A stretch of DNA of 61,307 nucleotides, filler included, from Asterionella formosa (taxonomy: Eukaryota), in NCBI GenBank assembly GCA_002256025.1. It is 18 parts of 18 records of this genome, joined end to end, with 100 filler letters (N's around TTAATTAATTAA, not from the genome) between each part and the next. Parts side by side here need not be neighbours in the genome. Positions count along the whole stretch, not along the records: positions 1 to 3,322 come from NKIB01014241.1; positions 3,423 to 6,742 come from NKIB01014242.1; positions 6,843 to 10,159 come from NKIB01014243.1; positions 10,260 to 13,575 come from NKIB01014244.1; 14 more parts are not named here. One strand, given 5' to 3'. The first letter of the stretch is position 1. Each line of letters begins with the position of its first letter. This document shows positions 1 through 12,688 of the stretch, piece after piece. The notes beneath the pieces are model-generated. The model ran no database searches. It was not told the origin of the DNA and saw nothing but the letters and a program-made list of their open reading frames with translations. Both the position numbers and the translations under genes were made by a program.

Positions 1-992
1 TCACTAGAGAGAGGAGGTTGACCCAGTTCTCCTCTCAAATGAACCAACTGAAGTATGGCAAAACTATCACTCCCATCTTTGTACTTTACTTAACCCCTGT
101 CCTCCTGTATAACCCAATGGACAACTTCAAAGAAATTTACAAGCCAGGTGTAACATAGGGAGAAAAACAGCAATCAAAGCGGCGTTAAATCAACAATGCC
201 AACTCATCGGAATTCTGACTCTTCAGGGATATTTCTCCAATAGGTGGGGTTCAGCAATCCCAGAGAAATCAGAAGACAACAATGGCTATGGCAAGCAACA
301 AATGTACAGCCGCAGCAATCACGCAAACCTGGACCTTGGCCACTACAGCATGGGAGGATAGAAACAATATTCTCCACAACAAGCAATGAAAAGAATCAAA
401 GAATAGTGCTTTCAGCCATGGATGAAAGAATCAAGGTGCTCAACAATAAGAAGAATGAGATCTGCATCAGGGACAATCACCTATTTAAGCGCCTGCTGAC
501 AAAGGTTCTAGTGTAGAGAGAGGGCACAAAAACACAACTTTTTTCGAAGGCAGATTTCCTCTTCCAGGAATTGGCTGCGCTGGCCAGAACAGGACAGCAA
601 TCCCTTCAGAAAAATTTCCAAGCACATTGATGTTTAGAGAAGGTGGGGGGGGAGGGGAACAACTTGTGAGCAGCTGTCCCAGCTCCTCCTCCACAAGTTC
701 AAACTAAGTGATCCAATTTCTTCCTGGGTTGTTGAAGATGATGGGAGACTGATTAATATTACAGTACCAAAGAAATACTGCCATCAAGAAAGCAAAATTG
801 TCCGACTCCCCCTTGAGGGAGTGTATCCACCCTTTTCCCTGCATTCCAGGGCCTAAAATCACAACAGCTGTTGGGCTGATATCAGGATGGTTAGTCTTCC
901 AGAAAACCAAGGCTGGTAATGCCAGGAAGCGCTATGCAAGCTCCCCTACTAGCACTAGAGCACTTTTAATTACTGAGGTTATTAATGAGTCT

Positions 993-2642
993 TCAACATA
1001 GTGGACACTGGCTGCCATCTATAGACTTGTCATATTTTTTCCTTTTTTCATTGTAGGTAATAGCTTGTTGTGTGATTGTATTCTGAATCAGCTGTGCATA
1101 CTCAGTAAGGAGATCATGCAAACCAACCACCGTGGGACTTGTATCTCGCAATTGTAGAATAACTGTTATCATCGTTCTCAACTGCACATTTGTGTAAGGG
1201 TACTCAATTGGTCCACCCTCACGGTGCGAATGTCTTGCCTTGCTTTCTACACTGCCCAAATTCTTGCCCTTAACATACATTTCCCAAATACAAGGCAACT
1301 GCTGAGGAGGCACCATATGATTCCCTATTTCACTATCAGCATTGGCAAAGAAAACGGACAACTGTGTAAGTGTCTCAATACCAGTTGTAGGAGAGGTAAG
1401 ATGTTCAAAGGGTAGCAAGAACAAACTTTCTGAGTAGTTCTCGATCCAATATTGAGCATGATCAACCCATTTTCTGAGTTCTGCTTCAAAGAACTCGTCA
1501 CGCCATTTAAGCCACACCTCAATTGGCGCACGGGTAGAGTGATTTCTAAGCTTGTTCATTTGCTCGTACACAAAATTATGATAAGATGGAATTGACGCCA
1601 AAGGACTTCTCAAAATGAGGATAGCTCGTTGGATGCGCTGAAGGCTAGGTTTAAAGAAAACTTCTTTAGGAGTGTGCGACGGAAAATGTGTCTTGACAGC
1701 GACAACAAGTCCAGATTCCACGCGACCGTTGTGATCATGATCATCTGATGTCCATAGCCCTGTAATCGCTCGAATGAGCTTCCAGCTCAGCTTTGCACCT
1801 GATCCAGGATAGCTTGCTATCCATGATGGAGTCACAAGTCGTTCCTCTGGTAAGTTAACACCACATTGTGGCGATGCACTATTTTGTATTTCGATTGTTG
1901 GCTGCGCGACCTGTATGTTTTGCACCTGCAAGCCGTTTTGGTGATTCTGTTGTTCAATACGTTGTGATTCTTGCTTCTGATTCGACAGGAAACTGTATCT
2001 CGGCTCCTCTATTTGTGATGGTTGGACATCGCTCCGGAATTCCTTCTGTTGAGGCGATATTGCTTCCGCACCTTGATGCTGGGTGAGGATCGGTTTATCA
2101 AAACCATTAGTTTCCCTTTTTAGGTAAGATGATGGTCCCTTGTATTCCTGTTGCAGTTTCGTCTGCTGGCCAAACCCTTCGTCTTGTTTTTGTTGGGATA
2201 CAATCGTCCCCACTTCTTGCGGCATTGTATTGGTTTGTTCTCCAATCCGTTTCGTATGCTCTTGTTGACTTATGGAACCAATAAAGCCTTGTCGTTGCAT
2301 GTTTCGCTGTCGGTCAGCCTTTTCGTGGTGCTGTTGGCGCATACTCGCCTGATTGCGACTTGATGATCCTTGACCTATTTGGTTGTATTCATGGCTGTCA
2401 ATTTCATGTGTGTATATGTTGCTTGCTTCGAACGTGTTCGCTAATCCTCCGTTAAGATTCATCGGGTTGGATTGGAATTCATTTTGAGTTTGACCAGACA
2501 AAGTAACATGCAGCGATCGACGAGGAATATATACTTCGCCATCACTGCAAGCTGAGAACAACATAAGACTTGCCGCCACAATCATGGTCATCCCAAATCC
2601 AGTGAGCGCAGTCAAAGTTGATTTCGGTTCCGATCTAGCCAT
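993..2642 (-). CDS. Type II membrane sulfotransferase, WSCD/Sulfotransfer_1-like
   Basis: Likely ATG at 2642 (MARSEPK; the ORF track starts at a non-ATG codon at 2768). N-terminal hydrophobic anchor, long Gln-rich stem, then the 5'-PSB-like motif WIASYPGSG, VKTH and the 3'-PB-like ILRSPLASIPS. Confidence 0.75.
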   Translation of the reverse strand: MARSEPKSTLTALTGFGMTMIVAASLMLFSACSDGEVYIPRRSLHVTLSGQTQNEFQSNPMNLNGGLANTFEASNIYTHEIDSHEYNQIGQGSSSRNQASMRQQHHEKADRQRNMQRQGFIGSISQQEHTKRIGEQTNTMPQEVGTIVSQQKQDEGFGQQTKLQQEYKGPSSYLKRETNGFDKPILTQHQGAEAISPQQKEFRSDVQPSQIEEPRYSFLSNQKQESQRIEQQNHQNGLQVQNIQVAQPTIEIQNSASPQCGVNLPEERLVTPSWIASYPGSGAKLSWKLIRAITGLWTSDDHDHNGRVESGLVVAVKTHFPSHTPKEVFFKPSLQRIQRAILILRSPLASIPSYHNFVYEQMNKLRNHSTRAPIEVWLKWRDEFFEAELRKWVDHAQYWIENYSESLFLLPFEHLTSPTTGIETLTQLSVFFANADSEIGNHMVPPQQLPCIWEMYVKGKNLGSVESKARHSHREGGPIEYPYTNVQLRTMITVILQLRDTSPTVVGLHDLLTEYAQLIQNTITQQAITYNEKRKKYDKSIDGSQCPLC

Positions 2643-3322
2643 GTTTGGGATGACTTTCTGCAGGGAAATAATCAAAGAAATTGAATAGACCTGATAGCAG
2701 GGACGAGAATATTTTGACAAATCCTGCTGAAGGGCATGTACTGACCGAGAAGGGCATTGTTGAGGCAATTCCCACCCTAGCTATCGTCTTGCTTTTCGAT
2801 GAGAACTGTGGGTGTCTAAGTAATTTTTTTATTTAGGGGCAATATGGGGCACATTGGATTTTTGGGCATGAAAATGACATTCATTAATGCTTCATTTCTG
2901 GGCAGTAGGTAAGCGAATGGGGCGACGAAAGCTAGCTTGTGAATTGCCTCAACAATACCCTACTCGGTGGTTACATGCCTGCTCGTCTTCGGGTCTACTC
3001 GGCTGGGATAAAACTCGTAGGGTGACGTTCTCGCAGCGCCCTACTCGCGCCACCCAGCCTCGAACACATGTATACGAGAAGGCAAGTAGCTGCCGAGAAG
3101 GGTCTTGCTGAGGCAATTCCCGTTCCAGCTATCGTCCAAACAAGCAACCCTGTTCATTCCATTCTGAGCAAGCGTGATCGCCACGCTGCTCCAGAACTAT
3201 TGACTCTCTCTAGCTGAGTATTCGTCATGTAGCTTCTGATACGAACTCGTGGTAGAATTGTAGCAAAGCGCGTTAGTACAAGAAATGCATTGCTTGGCGG
3301 CAATATTGACATCATTGTCAAC

Positions 3323-3422
3323 NNNNNNNNNNNNNNNNNNNNNNNNNNNNNNNNNNNNNNNNNNNNTTAATTAATTAANNNNNNNNNNNNNNNNNNNNNN
3401 NNNNNNNNNNNNNNNNNNNNNN
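3323..3422. other. Artificial contig linker N44-TTAATTAATTAA-N44 (first of 17)
   Basis: Identical 100-bp spacers with stop codons in all six frames also start at 6743, 10160, 13576, 16989, 20404, 23814, 27228, 30639, 34050, 37459, 40868, 44271, 47679, 51087, 54494 and 57901. Confidence 0.98.
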
Positions 3423-4149
3423 TATTTGACAAATCTCATTGATTTTAAAGCAAATTCCAACAGTCTCTTTGGTACACTTCCTACAGAGATTGGATACCTG
3501 AGAGGTCTAACATCATTGTATGTACAGGAAAACCAGTTGACTGGTCCGCTTCCTTCAGAAATTGGCTTTTTGAAAAATATCATTGATTTTAGAGCAAATT
3601 CCAACCGTCTCTTTGGCACAGTTCCTACAGAGATTGGATTCTTGACAGGTCTAACAGTATTAGTTCTTTGGGAAAACCAGTTGACTGGTGCACTTCCGAC
3701 AGAAATTGGCAATTTGAAAAATATGGCATTATTTGCTGCAAGCACAAACCATTTCAATGGAACACTTCCTTCAGAAATTGGATTCTTGACAAGTCTTACA
3801 TTATTGCATCTATTTAATAATCAGTTGACTGGTGCACTTCCAACGGAAATTGGCAATTTGACAAGTCTCAATAATTTTCAGATTCATTCCAATATGTTTA
3901 CTGGTGCAATTCCCACAGAAATTGGTCTCATGTCATCATTGAGTAAGTTTAGTTTATCTGAAACTGACATTTCTTGACCATTTGTTCTAAAATTTCACTT
4001 TCTTGACAGCCACATTAAATTTTGGAAAGAACAATTTTACAGGGCCAGTTCCAACAGAAGCATGTAATATTGCAACAATAATTTTTTGCCCACCGCTGAT
4101 TTGCAACTGTGGTAGCTACTGTTCCGCAATTAAGCTCGATTGTGATTAA
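3423..4149 (+). CDS. Leucine-rich repeat protein with plant-type 24-aa LRRs, 5' partial, Cys-rich C-terminus
   Basis: Repeats of LxxLxLxxNxLTGxLPTEIG. A predicted intron at 3943-4009 (GTAAGT...GACAG) restores a last LRR, TLNFGKNNFTGPVPTEAC, followed by CPPLICNCGSYC and TAA at 4147-4149. Confidence 0.88.
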
Positions 4150-4370
4150 TCATTTTTGCTCTGATGATTTGTGAACATGCATAATAATAATTTTCTTTCT
4201 TAAAGCTGCCAGTAGTTAAATACCAAGTATCTGCTGGTGTTGATTCGAGTCATTTATATTTCATTTTAAATATTAGCAAATTGTTTGTCTATTTTCTGTC
4301 CTGGAATCTTGGCATGGCATTGTCTGGTGTTGGCGTGGGCAATTCATCAAAATAAATCCACTAGCTTGCC

Positions 4371-6742
4371 TGTTGAGCAGTCCATCGTTTAGTGGGATCC
4401 CACTTCATTATATTGGAGAATAACGTGAGACTGACTGGTGATATTCCTAGAAAGCGATCCCACAGTTTTGCAGGTATAATGTATGGTAGGAAGTTCAATG
4501 GTCTCATTTGCAATCAAGGGTAGTTCTAAAATACCTGGCCATATGGCCTCATGTGGTGTGCCTACTGTGAGAATTATGCTGCATTTCTCATGTGCCCTTG
4601 CTCCCTGGTGCCAGGGGTGCAGTGCCATTGGGTATTCAAATGTTTGACGTACGTGTGATGGTGAGGCTGTGGTATTAAAGTATCTGATGGGTTTCCGGGT
4701 CCCCCCTTCATTTTTGTATTGACGATTCGATTTGTAACTTGCTGCCGGATTGGGTCCGAGCGGATGTGGTTGGGTCTCTTTTGGCAGTTGGTTGATGGCG
4801 AGTCATGCTGCGGTGTAGCGATTCTTCTATTGGCATAATAAGGGTTTTTGGGCGATGTGTTCATTCCACAGTCAGATATATCTGAATGATGAGGGTCTTC
4901 TCGTCTTGCTGCTGTTTGGTGCATGTTAGACAGGCTAGCGCGCTTTTGCAGACAATGCCCAATGATTATGAGACATATAATTGAAACTAGACTAATCTGT
5001 TATTGATTTGCGTCTTACTTTGGTTATTGTCAAACTGCATTTATTCGTTTGAATATTTGCTGGTTTCCCTCACGCTTCCCCTGCGCAACACGACAACCGT
5101 CGTATTGTAGACTATCGTCTATCATTCTTCGTCGATCCTCTCGACTTCGTGGTCTAGAACCTAACATGGCTCAAGCTCCCAACGCCCATGCGGCTTTCGT
5201 CTTTGCTCTAACCCCAGCTCTCGCAAATCCTGATCCCGTTGATTACAACTCAAATGAAGGGATGAAATTGTACAAGTCTGCAACCGAAAAACTCAATCAT
5301 CCCTTCGATGGTGAAACTGGAGGCCTCCGCCTTTTCCTTCAAGCCTTGCAGCAACGAGCCGACGCATTTGGATGTGCCTCCATCCTCACGGTCCCTGATG
5401 ACCACAACGTTGGGCGAAACCTAATCACCGAATATGTAAGGGTCATCATGGCAAATGTGGTTGCTCACGCAGCCACACATGTTCATTCCCAGACGTGTGA
5501 CGCACAGAACTGTGCGCAGTTGTTTACGTGCATTTACGATTCACTTTCAATGGAGGCCTTGCTCAAGGTTTCTACAGACTCATCTGCCTATCGTCTTACG
5601 TCACCTACAGCCCCTACACACATAGTGGCAAGTGGTGCTGCATTCTTGAAACTTCTCATTACGAGATGCACGGTCGATACACGATCCACGGTGGCTACCA
5701 TTCGCCGTACCCTCAGCGTGTTGGATGAAAACATGTTATCGGTGGACTGCAACATTGAGAAGTTTAACCTCCATGTCCGTGTGCAACGTGACGCACTTAT
5801 GTCTCGTGGGGAAACTTCTTCTGACCTACTGACAAATCTGTTTACAGCATACGAGGCTGTGGAGGATAAAGTGTTCCATGATTACATGATTGGTCAGCAG
5901 GATCAGTATCACGATGGACGGGTGGATTTTGATGTGGATTCGCTGATGGACCTGGCCCTAAATAAATATAAATGGTGTGGGCGGTCCCATCCCAGTGCTT
6001 CTCAAAGGCACGGTGAAGTGGCGCATAGAGGACAACCTGGGGTGTATTCACATTTTTCGTATTCCAGGAACTTATTTTGCCCCGGCGGCCCCCTTTAGAA
6101 TGTTTTCTCCCCAACATTGGAGTCAGGAGACTAATAAGTGCCTTAAGCAAGGCCTTAAGGGAGCATGGTGCGCCACCTACGAGGACAGGGTAACTCTCCA
6201 CTGGGGTAATGATAAATATGTGCGATCTATCTGGCTGGATCCAAGCACAAATGTGGCAACTGTACAGACTGCACCAGGGTGCACCAGATATCAGATCTAC
6301 GAGGCCATTATAGGATCAACGAAGGAACACAATAGATCTAAAATGTTTTAATGTTAACACTGTCACCGATGATGAATGCTCAGACCGTGAGGAGGATGTT
6401 AAGGTGCGATCTAAGCTTCCCTACAGTTTGAATGAAGATGAACCATCAATAATTGGGGGGCCAGAGAAGGGAGATGCCAGTGGAACACATGATCCGTCCG
6501 TTAAGGGAAATGCCAGTGGAACACACATTCTTGAGTCTCACCTTGAAACAGTCTTTCATGACGCATCCGCCAAGCCAACTGAGACTGAAGATCAGGATAC
6601 CCTGACGCCTACCATGGAATTGCTTCGTCTCCACTACCGGCTTGGCCATCTGCCCTTCAGCCAACTGCGGAGCATGGCTGCTACCGGATTTCTTCCCAAG
6701 AGACTCTTGCAGGCCCGCATTCCCAAATGCGCTGCCTGCATG
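4371..6742 (+). mobile_element. Degenerate Ty1/Copia (CoDi-like) element, 5' part
   Basis: Contains gag, protease and pre-integrase remnants. The left boundary is tentatively placed at TGTTG (4371); LTR limits are uncertain. Confidence 0.65.
5166..6742 (+). pseudogene. Internally deleted and frameshifted gag-pol
   Basis: Gag-like FALTPA...DYNSNEGMKLY...LALNKYK (5166-5972) abuts, in another frame, the protease C-terminal half GTVKWRIEDNLG...FSPQHW. Further on is the GAG-pre-integrase/Zn-binding motif LHYRLGHLPF...CAAC, cut at the contig end. Confidence 0.75.
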
Positions 6743-8848
6743 NNNNNNNNNNNNNNNNNNNNNNNNNNNNNNNNNNNNNNNNNNNNTTAATTAATTAANN
6801 NNNNNNNNNNNNNNNNNNNNNNNNNNNNNNNNNNNNNNNNNNTTGAGCAAGGGCAAGGAGCCCATTATGGGGCTCTTTGAGCATTTTGAATCATGTGTAA
6901 AACAGTAGAGGGGAAGAGAGCAGCGTGCATGCCAATCAATAAATAGAGAACAAATATGAAAGGTGTACAGCCAATTTGGGGGTTATGAAATTAGAATCCA
7001 GGAAATGGAATAACCAATACCATGAGGAGTGATGAAGACATAGAAAGAGAACAAGAGAAAAGGGTCTTGGGAGACACAGAAAGTACTATTTATGGCAAAC
7101 TTAAGGGAGAAAGAGCAGCAGGTAGTAGCTGAATGAGAGAGGATGATGGAAAGGGGCGGGATGGTGCTTGAACGTCTGCAAAAAAAATTATCATGCATAT
7201 AGGATCAAGGGTATTGTATGCTAAGTGGCACAGGATTTTCGCATATATGATAATTTTTCGATCAAAAATATGATCAAGGTATCTTGTAACTATGATGATT
7301 TATTAATATTTTACCAACCTTGAAGTATAATGATAATAAGAACATTATCATCACACAACGTATATAAACTGATCAACAACATTTCCCATCAATATCATAA
7401 ACCTTCTCATATTATTTTCACTTCTCGTGATCGCCTGATGTAAATTATAACTACAATGTATCCTAAAACCAGCTCAACTCTATGCTATCATGTGAATTGT
7501 TTCATCGTAAATCTATCGTAAACATGATCATATTTCTAATTACAAGGATTGTTAAAAAAGGATTGGAACGGATCTTAATTTAATTGAAAAATTTAGCAAT
7601 GCTATCTATGATTCTACAGGCCAGCAACCCAACGTTTCTCTCTCTCTACTCGGCTCAATGTCTCGCCCTTTCCTTCCTTTATTCTGAATCTTGCGCCATG
7701 CAGTGCTTAATGTCTCGCATTTCTCCCTGCAATTAGTGACACTCTGAACTCACCGACTATTTCGTTGTTTGATTGGTTTTATTGTCCTATGCAGTAACAG
7801 TAACAATGAGAAGGAATGATTTGTCAGCTACTCATGTTACATTGACACAAAAACACGCAATTCCATCGTATCCTCTTGCTTCACTTACCACAAATCAATG
7901 CAATTGATGCATAAGTCTATTACAGTAAATTGTCAGTAAATTCTTGAATAAGTAAGTTTCGGGTATCCAATGTTGTCGAATAAAACTTACCGGTTCATTT
8001 TTTTCAGCTTAACTTTGAGAGAAGGTAAAAGTTTTGTCAGTTTTGTTCCAACAGAAGTGAATAGGTCCAACGAGCGAAAAGAGCACTTACGCAATTTGGT
8101 TTTGTTTTACATTGGTGCTCCCCAACAAGCGAAACGAGCTGTTGAATCAACTGAGAAAAAAGAAAATGTGGCTGCGTTTAGTTAACAATTTGTTGTTGTC
8201 CTGCCTCCCAATGATTGTCATTCAAGTATCACATTGATGGCTTCATTACCTTAAACATTCTCCATCCTTCGAAGGCGCAATGTGTCAAGGCCACAATGTT
8301 TTTCGTTATGTATTGCGTAAATTTTCTTTTCTTGCTTTTCATGTGCTTTACTACGACGTATCTTTTCATGAAGCAGCAGGCATTGTTTGTTAACATGACA
8401 GAACGATTTCAAAAATATATATGCCATGGATATAGTAATAAAATTTGTAAATATATATATATATTAAGTGTTATACATTTATAAAATTCAAAGGTGCTCT
8501 CGATATGGAACATCTGATATGGTTGGGATGATCATACTCGCATACACATAATTCGAAAATACTCAATGCACTATATGTCCATTGTTTTCCACAACTACCT
8601 GTACCGGTATTGTTTCTGAAATTTGTTTGCATCGATATTTTCTACGTCTGTTGAAACTAATTATTTAGACTGTTCAATTGCCGCAAGGGTTTTGGTAGCA
8701 AATTGTTTAAGCCCCTTTTTTGGTTGGGAGCTCTTCATGTGTACCTGTACATCATATGACAATAACAATATATCATATGTATATACAGAGTACCAGTAGC
8801 AGAGAGTAAGTGATATACTGGGGGTAGTCGGACTAGTAAACTAGCAAC

Positions 8849-9290
8849 AGAACACCATATGTTCAGGACTGTTTCTACTGCAGTGGGACAGTAAATCATC
8901 ATAGTTTAAGGATCGTATGATCGTAAAACCAAAAACCAAAAGAACACCATATGTTCATGACTGTTGCAATTACAGTGGGACAGTAAATCATCATAGTTTT
9001 AGGATGGTATGATCGTAAAACTAAAATCCAATAGAACATCATATGTTCAGGACTGTTGCTACTGCAGTGGGACAGTAAATCATCATAGTTTTAGGATTGT
9101 ATAATCGTAAAACTAAAAACCAAAAGAACACCATATCATCAGGACTGTTGCTACTGAAGTGCTGGGATAGTAAATCATCATAGTTTTAGGATTGTATGAT
9201 CGTGAAACTGAAAAGCTGTAGTCAGAGTAATAAGCAAGCAATAGAACAAAATATGTGTCTATGACTACTGCTACTGCAGCGGGACAGTGA
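8849..9290 (+). repeat. Tandem repeat of about 92 bp, roughly 4.5 copies
   Basis: The unit AGAACACCATATGTTCAGGACTGTT...GGGACAGTAAATCATCATAGTTT...GATCGTAAAAC starts near 8849, 8941, 9033 and 9125, with a partial copy near 9243. Confidence 0.9.
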
Positions 9291-9349
9291 ATGAATTTAA
9301 GATCATCGAACTTTAAGGAAGACAACGACAACAGTTATCAAGTAGTACA

Positions 9350-10080
9350 ATGTCTTCAAGAAACCATAAAGAGGTTCATGGAAACAAGCGACATGTGGCA
9401 AATACTGCCGGTATTGAACAAAGAAGCAAGTTCCAAAATGAGTTTAAAAAGAAAAAGCGAATAGGCGATTATCCAAAGCAACCCAATCGGCAATTGGGAG
9501 ACGTTGGGGGTGATACCCCATCGTCGATGGGGACACCATCAGCTACTAGTACAAAGGATCCCGTAATTGATACTGACAGCAATGATGACGTTTCTACTTC
9601 AGTTGTTGATACAAGAAAAATGGCTCCTGTCGATGATGCCATTAATAACTCCCAGATGCAGATGGACGACATGGTACCAGTGGTTCGAACGAGCGAATGA
9701 TGATACCACGGGTACCAATTTTTCCAACGAAAGAACTTGTCTCTCTATTGATGAGGATGACACGGACACGGACACCGACACCGACTTTTCCAGGAGCAAA
9801 CAACAATGAAGAGACCCACTTCTCGCTCTATTGATGGTAACAAAGATGCGGACAAGTTCAACAGTGAATACAAGAACAACATACCATTGAAAACAAGTCG
9901 ACAGTGTGTGCACGCACACGCCAAGCAAGTTTGAGGCAACGGACCATTCCAACAAGCAAATGACGATACAGATATCAAATTCTTCCTACGAGCAAACAAC
10001 AATGAAAAGAGCCACTTGCTTTTGCTCTCTTGCTTGATGGTATCAAAGATGCGGACAAGTTCAATAGTTAATTCAAGTAC
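9350..10080 (+). repeat. Dispersed repeat family member with a decayed ORF and an internal duplication of about 195 bp period
   Basis: About 9525-9679 is homologous to about 51193-51339. GAGCAAACAACAATGAA...GATGCGGACAAGTTCAA occurs near 9794 and again near 9990. Confidence 0.75.
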
Positions 10081-10259
10081 AGTATACCAAATGCAGAAAC
10101 GAGCGAGCGATATGAAAATGAAATACATTCTAATCAGAATCATTCTATAACTCTAGCTANNNNNNNNNNNNNNNNNNNNNNNNNNNNNNNNNNNNNNNNN
10201 NNNTTAATTAATTAANNNNNNNNNNNNNNNNNNNNNNNNNNNNNNNNNNNNNNNNNNNN

Positions 10260-12506
10260 TACACAAGGTGGGGGCATCACAACTAGTGTTCCTGCTTGAC
10301 TCTGAGAGGGGTGGCGTGCTGTCGTATAATTTTCGTCAAGGCGCTGCTCTTGGTGTCTCACACTCAGATGGCTTGCTCTTTTCTCTCTAACCTTCCTACT
10401 GTCAGAACAGAGTTTAGGGAGTGCAATCTTACCGCTTTCAAATATTCTACGGCGCCGCTGACGCCATACAAAACCCAGTATCAACAAAGCCAGAACGATC
10501 CCAGCGGAAACACCTGCGATAAGAGCAGTGCTAATAGAGCTGGTGGATGCAGCATCAGAACCACTATAGGAAATCGGAGCAACTGGACAGGTATCAGAAG
10601 GAACAGTTTCGCCAAGTTTGCAACAGACTCGATTCTAAGGACGGAAAGAGATATGAAGAGCATACATTGTTGGAGGTGTGAGTAAACAACAATTTTCATG
10701 TGTGCGACTTCTATAGTTATATAGAGAGAAATTGCTTCGATAACTTACAAAATACGGTTTGCCAATATAATTGGCATTCGTCCACAAATAATCTGGATAG
10801 TCAGCAACCGATGGACACTTGGCAGCCTCGACTTGCACAAAGTCACTGGCAGTGCATGCATTGACATCACATATTGCTTCATCACCGGCAGAACTGAGTC
10901 GACGAAATGATTCAAGCTCACAAAGAGTCAAGTTCAACGAAGGACAGTTGGCTGTTGATGCTTGCACAATTCTCTGGACAGCCGCCTCATTCCCAGTGTC
11001 GGATCCCAAAGCCTTATTAATAGCACTCAGTGGAAAGTTCATACCGACCACTCCAAGAAAAAGAGGAGGATTGTGAGCACGATCATAGACAGGTGCTGAT
11101 ACTGTGGTGCCGACCACCCCGCCTGTGGCAAACTTGTAGGGTTCCACCCATGCCACAACATCCTTGTTGCCGAGTCCAAGAGCAAATAGCCGATAGTACG
11201 AAGTCAAACTCTCAAACAGCTTGAGCTCATCATCAATCTTGGACCAAACACCCAGTTCAGTTGAGCATGCAAGTTCCCTTGGGAATCTGTGAACATCGTC
11301 ATTCACTGCTCCGATGCTGTATGTGAAGAAGAGAAAGGGTTTGCCACTCGACTGCATGGTTGCGTTGAGTCGTGTTGCAACAAGATCGATGACGTTCTGC
11401 TCTGATGCGCTCGGTGGATCTGTCATTACACCGTCGGTCAGAAAGAGAATGGCAGAGTTGCAATTATTGTTTAGTTCTGCCTCGATGGTCTTATCCAAAG
11501 TGTCGAAGGCACTTCCAAGAGCGGCAAGGAAGTTGGTGGCACCAGTAGCAGCAAGATCATTAACAGCCTTGACAAGAAAGTCTTTGTTTGTGGAATTCGC
11601 AGTCAGCAGACGACCTTCACTGTCACCAATCACACGTGCAGAAGAGGAAAAGGCGACAATGGCAATCCGATCTCCAACTGTCAAAGTCTCGATGACGTGA
11701 ATGGCTGCTTGCTTGAGAAGAACAAATCGCTGACCAGTGCCAGAAATCATTGATCCTGATATATCAAGAACCAAGACGACATTTTTCGGACCAGAGCTGG
11801 CAGCAATATACCATGGTCGAACTCGGGGATCATAGGCACCACATTTTTCATAGTGACGGCCAGGAAAAATGCGGAACATGCCCTCTTGCGATCCGAAAAA
11901 CATTGGAGGAGAATCCACTCCAAAGGAGCGCCAATAATTCATATCAGTACTACGCTTATTGAGAAAGAATTCATCAAGTTGTCTTGTGTAGCATACACTC
12001 TCAATAACCTGGTTGACAACCAAACAACAAAGCATGCAACACGGCCAAATTTGTGAGTTTTCAACCGTCGATGCAACATTCTAGTATTGAAATACTAAGC
12101 GCAGAGCAAGCACACATAGATGGTTTACCTGAGGATTCGTTGGGTTGCCGTCGATACCATTGGCAATCTCAAGAGGCAAGACGACGTTTGATGAGTTGAA
12201 GTCAAACAGGGCAGCACATGTATCACTGTTGCCTGTACTGCAATTCGTAGCAAACTCATCACTTTTATAGCAGGTTGGACTTGGAAACTGGGAAAAACAA
12301 GAGTCGAAATTGTTGTGGCCACAGTCATTGAGAGCAGTGGTGCATCGATCTTGAAAGGCAGCTTCGACTGCTTTGGCTAGCTCGAGAACGTCCATCTCCA
12401 TCTTGTCCATGAGTCGGTCCAGTTCCACCGTGCCCGCCATAGTGGAAGCAGGCAAGAAAACGAGCACGAGGGCAGCCGTGGTAGCTAAAACAAAGAAAGG
12501 GTTCAT
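10260..12506 (-). CDS. VWA and Cache domain single-pass membrane protein (alpha2delta/CACHD1-like), 3' partial
   Basis: Signal peptide, YDPRVRPWY, MIDAS DISGS, FLTDG and WVEPY...TVSAPVY. Predicted introns at 12128-12009 and 10748-10635. Exon 3 reads NRVCCKLG...ALIAGVSAGIVLALLILGFVW-RQRRRR, a TM helix with a stop-transfer signal. Confidence 0.88.
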
Positions 12507-12688
12507 TGAGACAATTTGAAATTAGATATGGTTGAATGTTTTGTTATTCAAATATTTTTTGTGTTCGAAAAGTGATTTGATTCCATTTCTAGATTAGCAG
12601 CTCTAAAGTACTGGATACTTGACAGCACATTAGTTAATGTAAAACGTAGTAGTATAGTCGAGGATAATGTGTCAGTTCCGAGCAATCG

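Noticed and set aside
1..990. Short ORFs at the window start
   Set aside because: No recognisable motifs; I cannot support a gene call.
8849..9290. CRISPR-like periodic array
   Set aside because: Whole units repeat with no unique spacers, there are no cas genes, and the context is eukaryotic.
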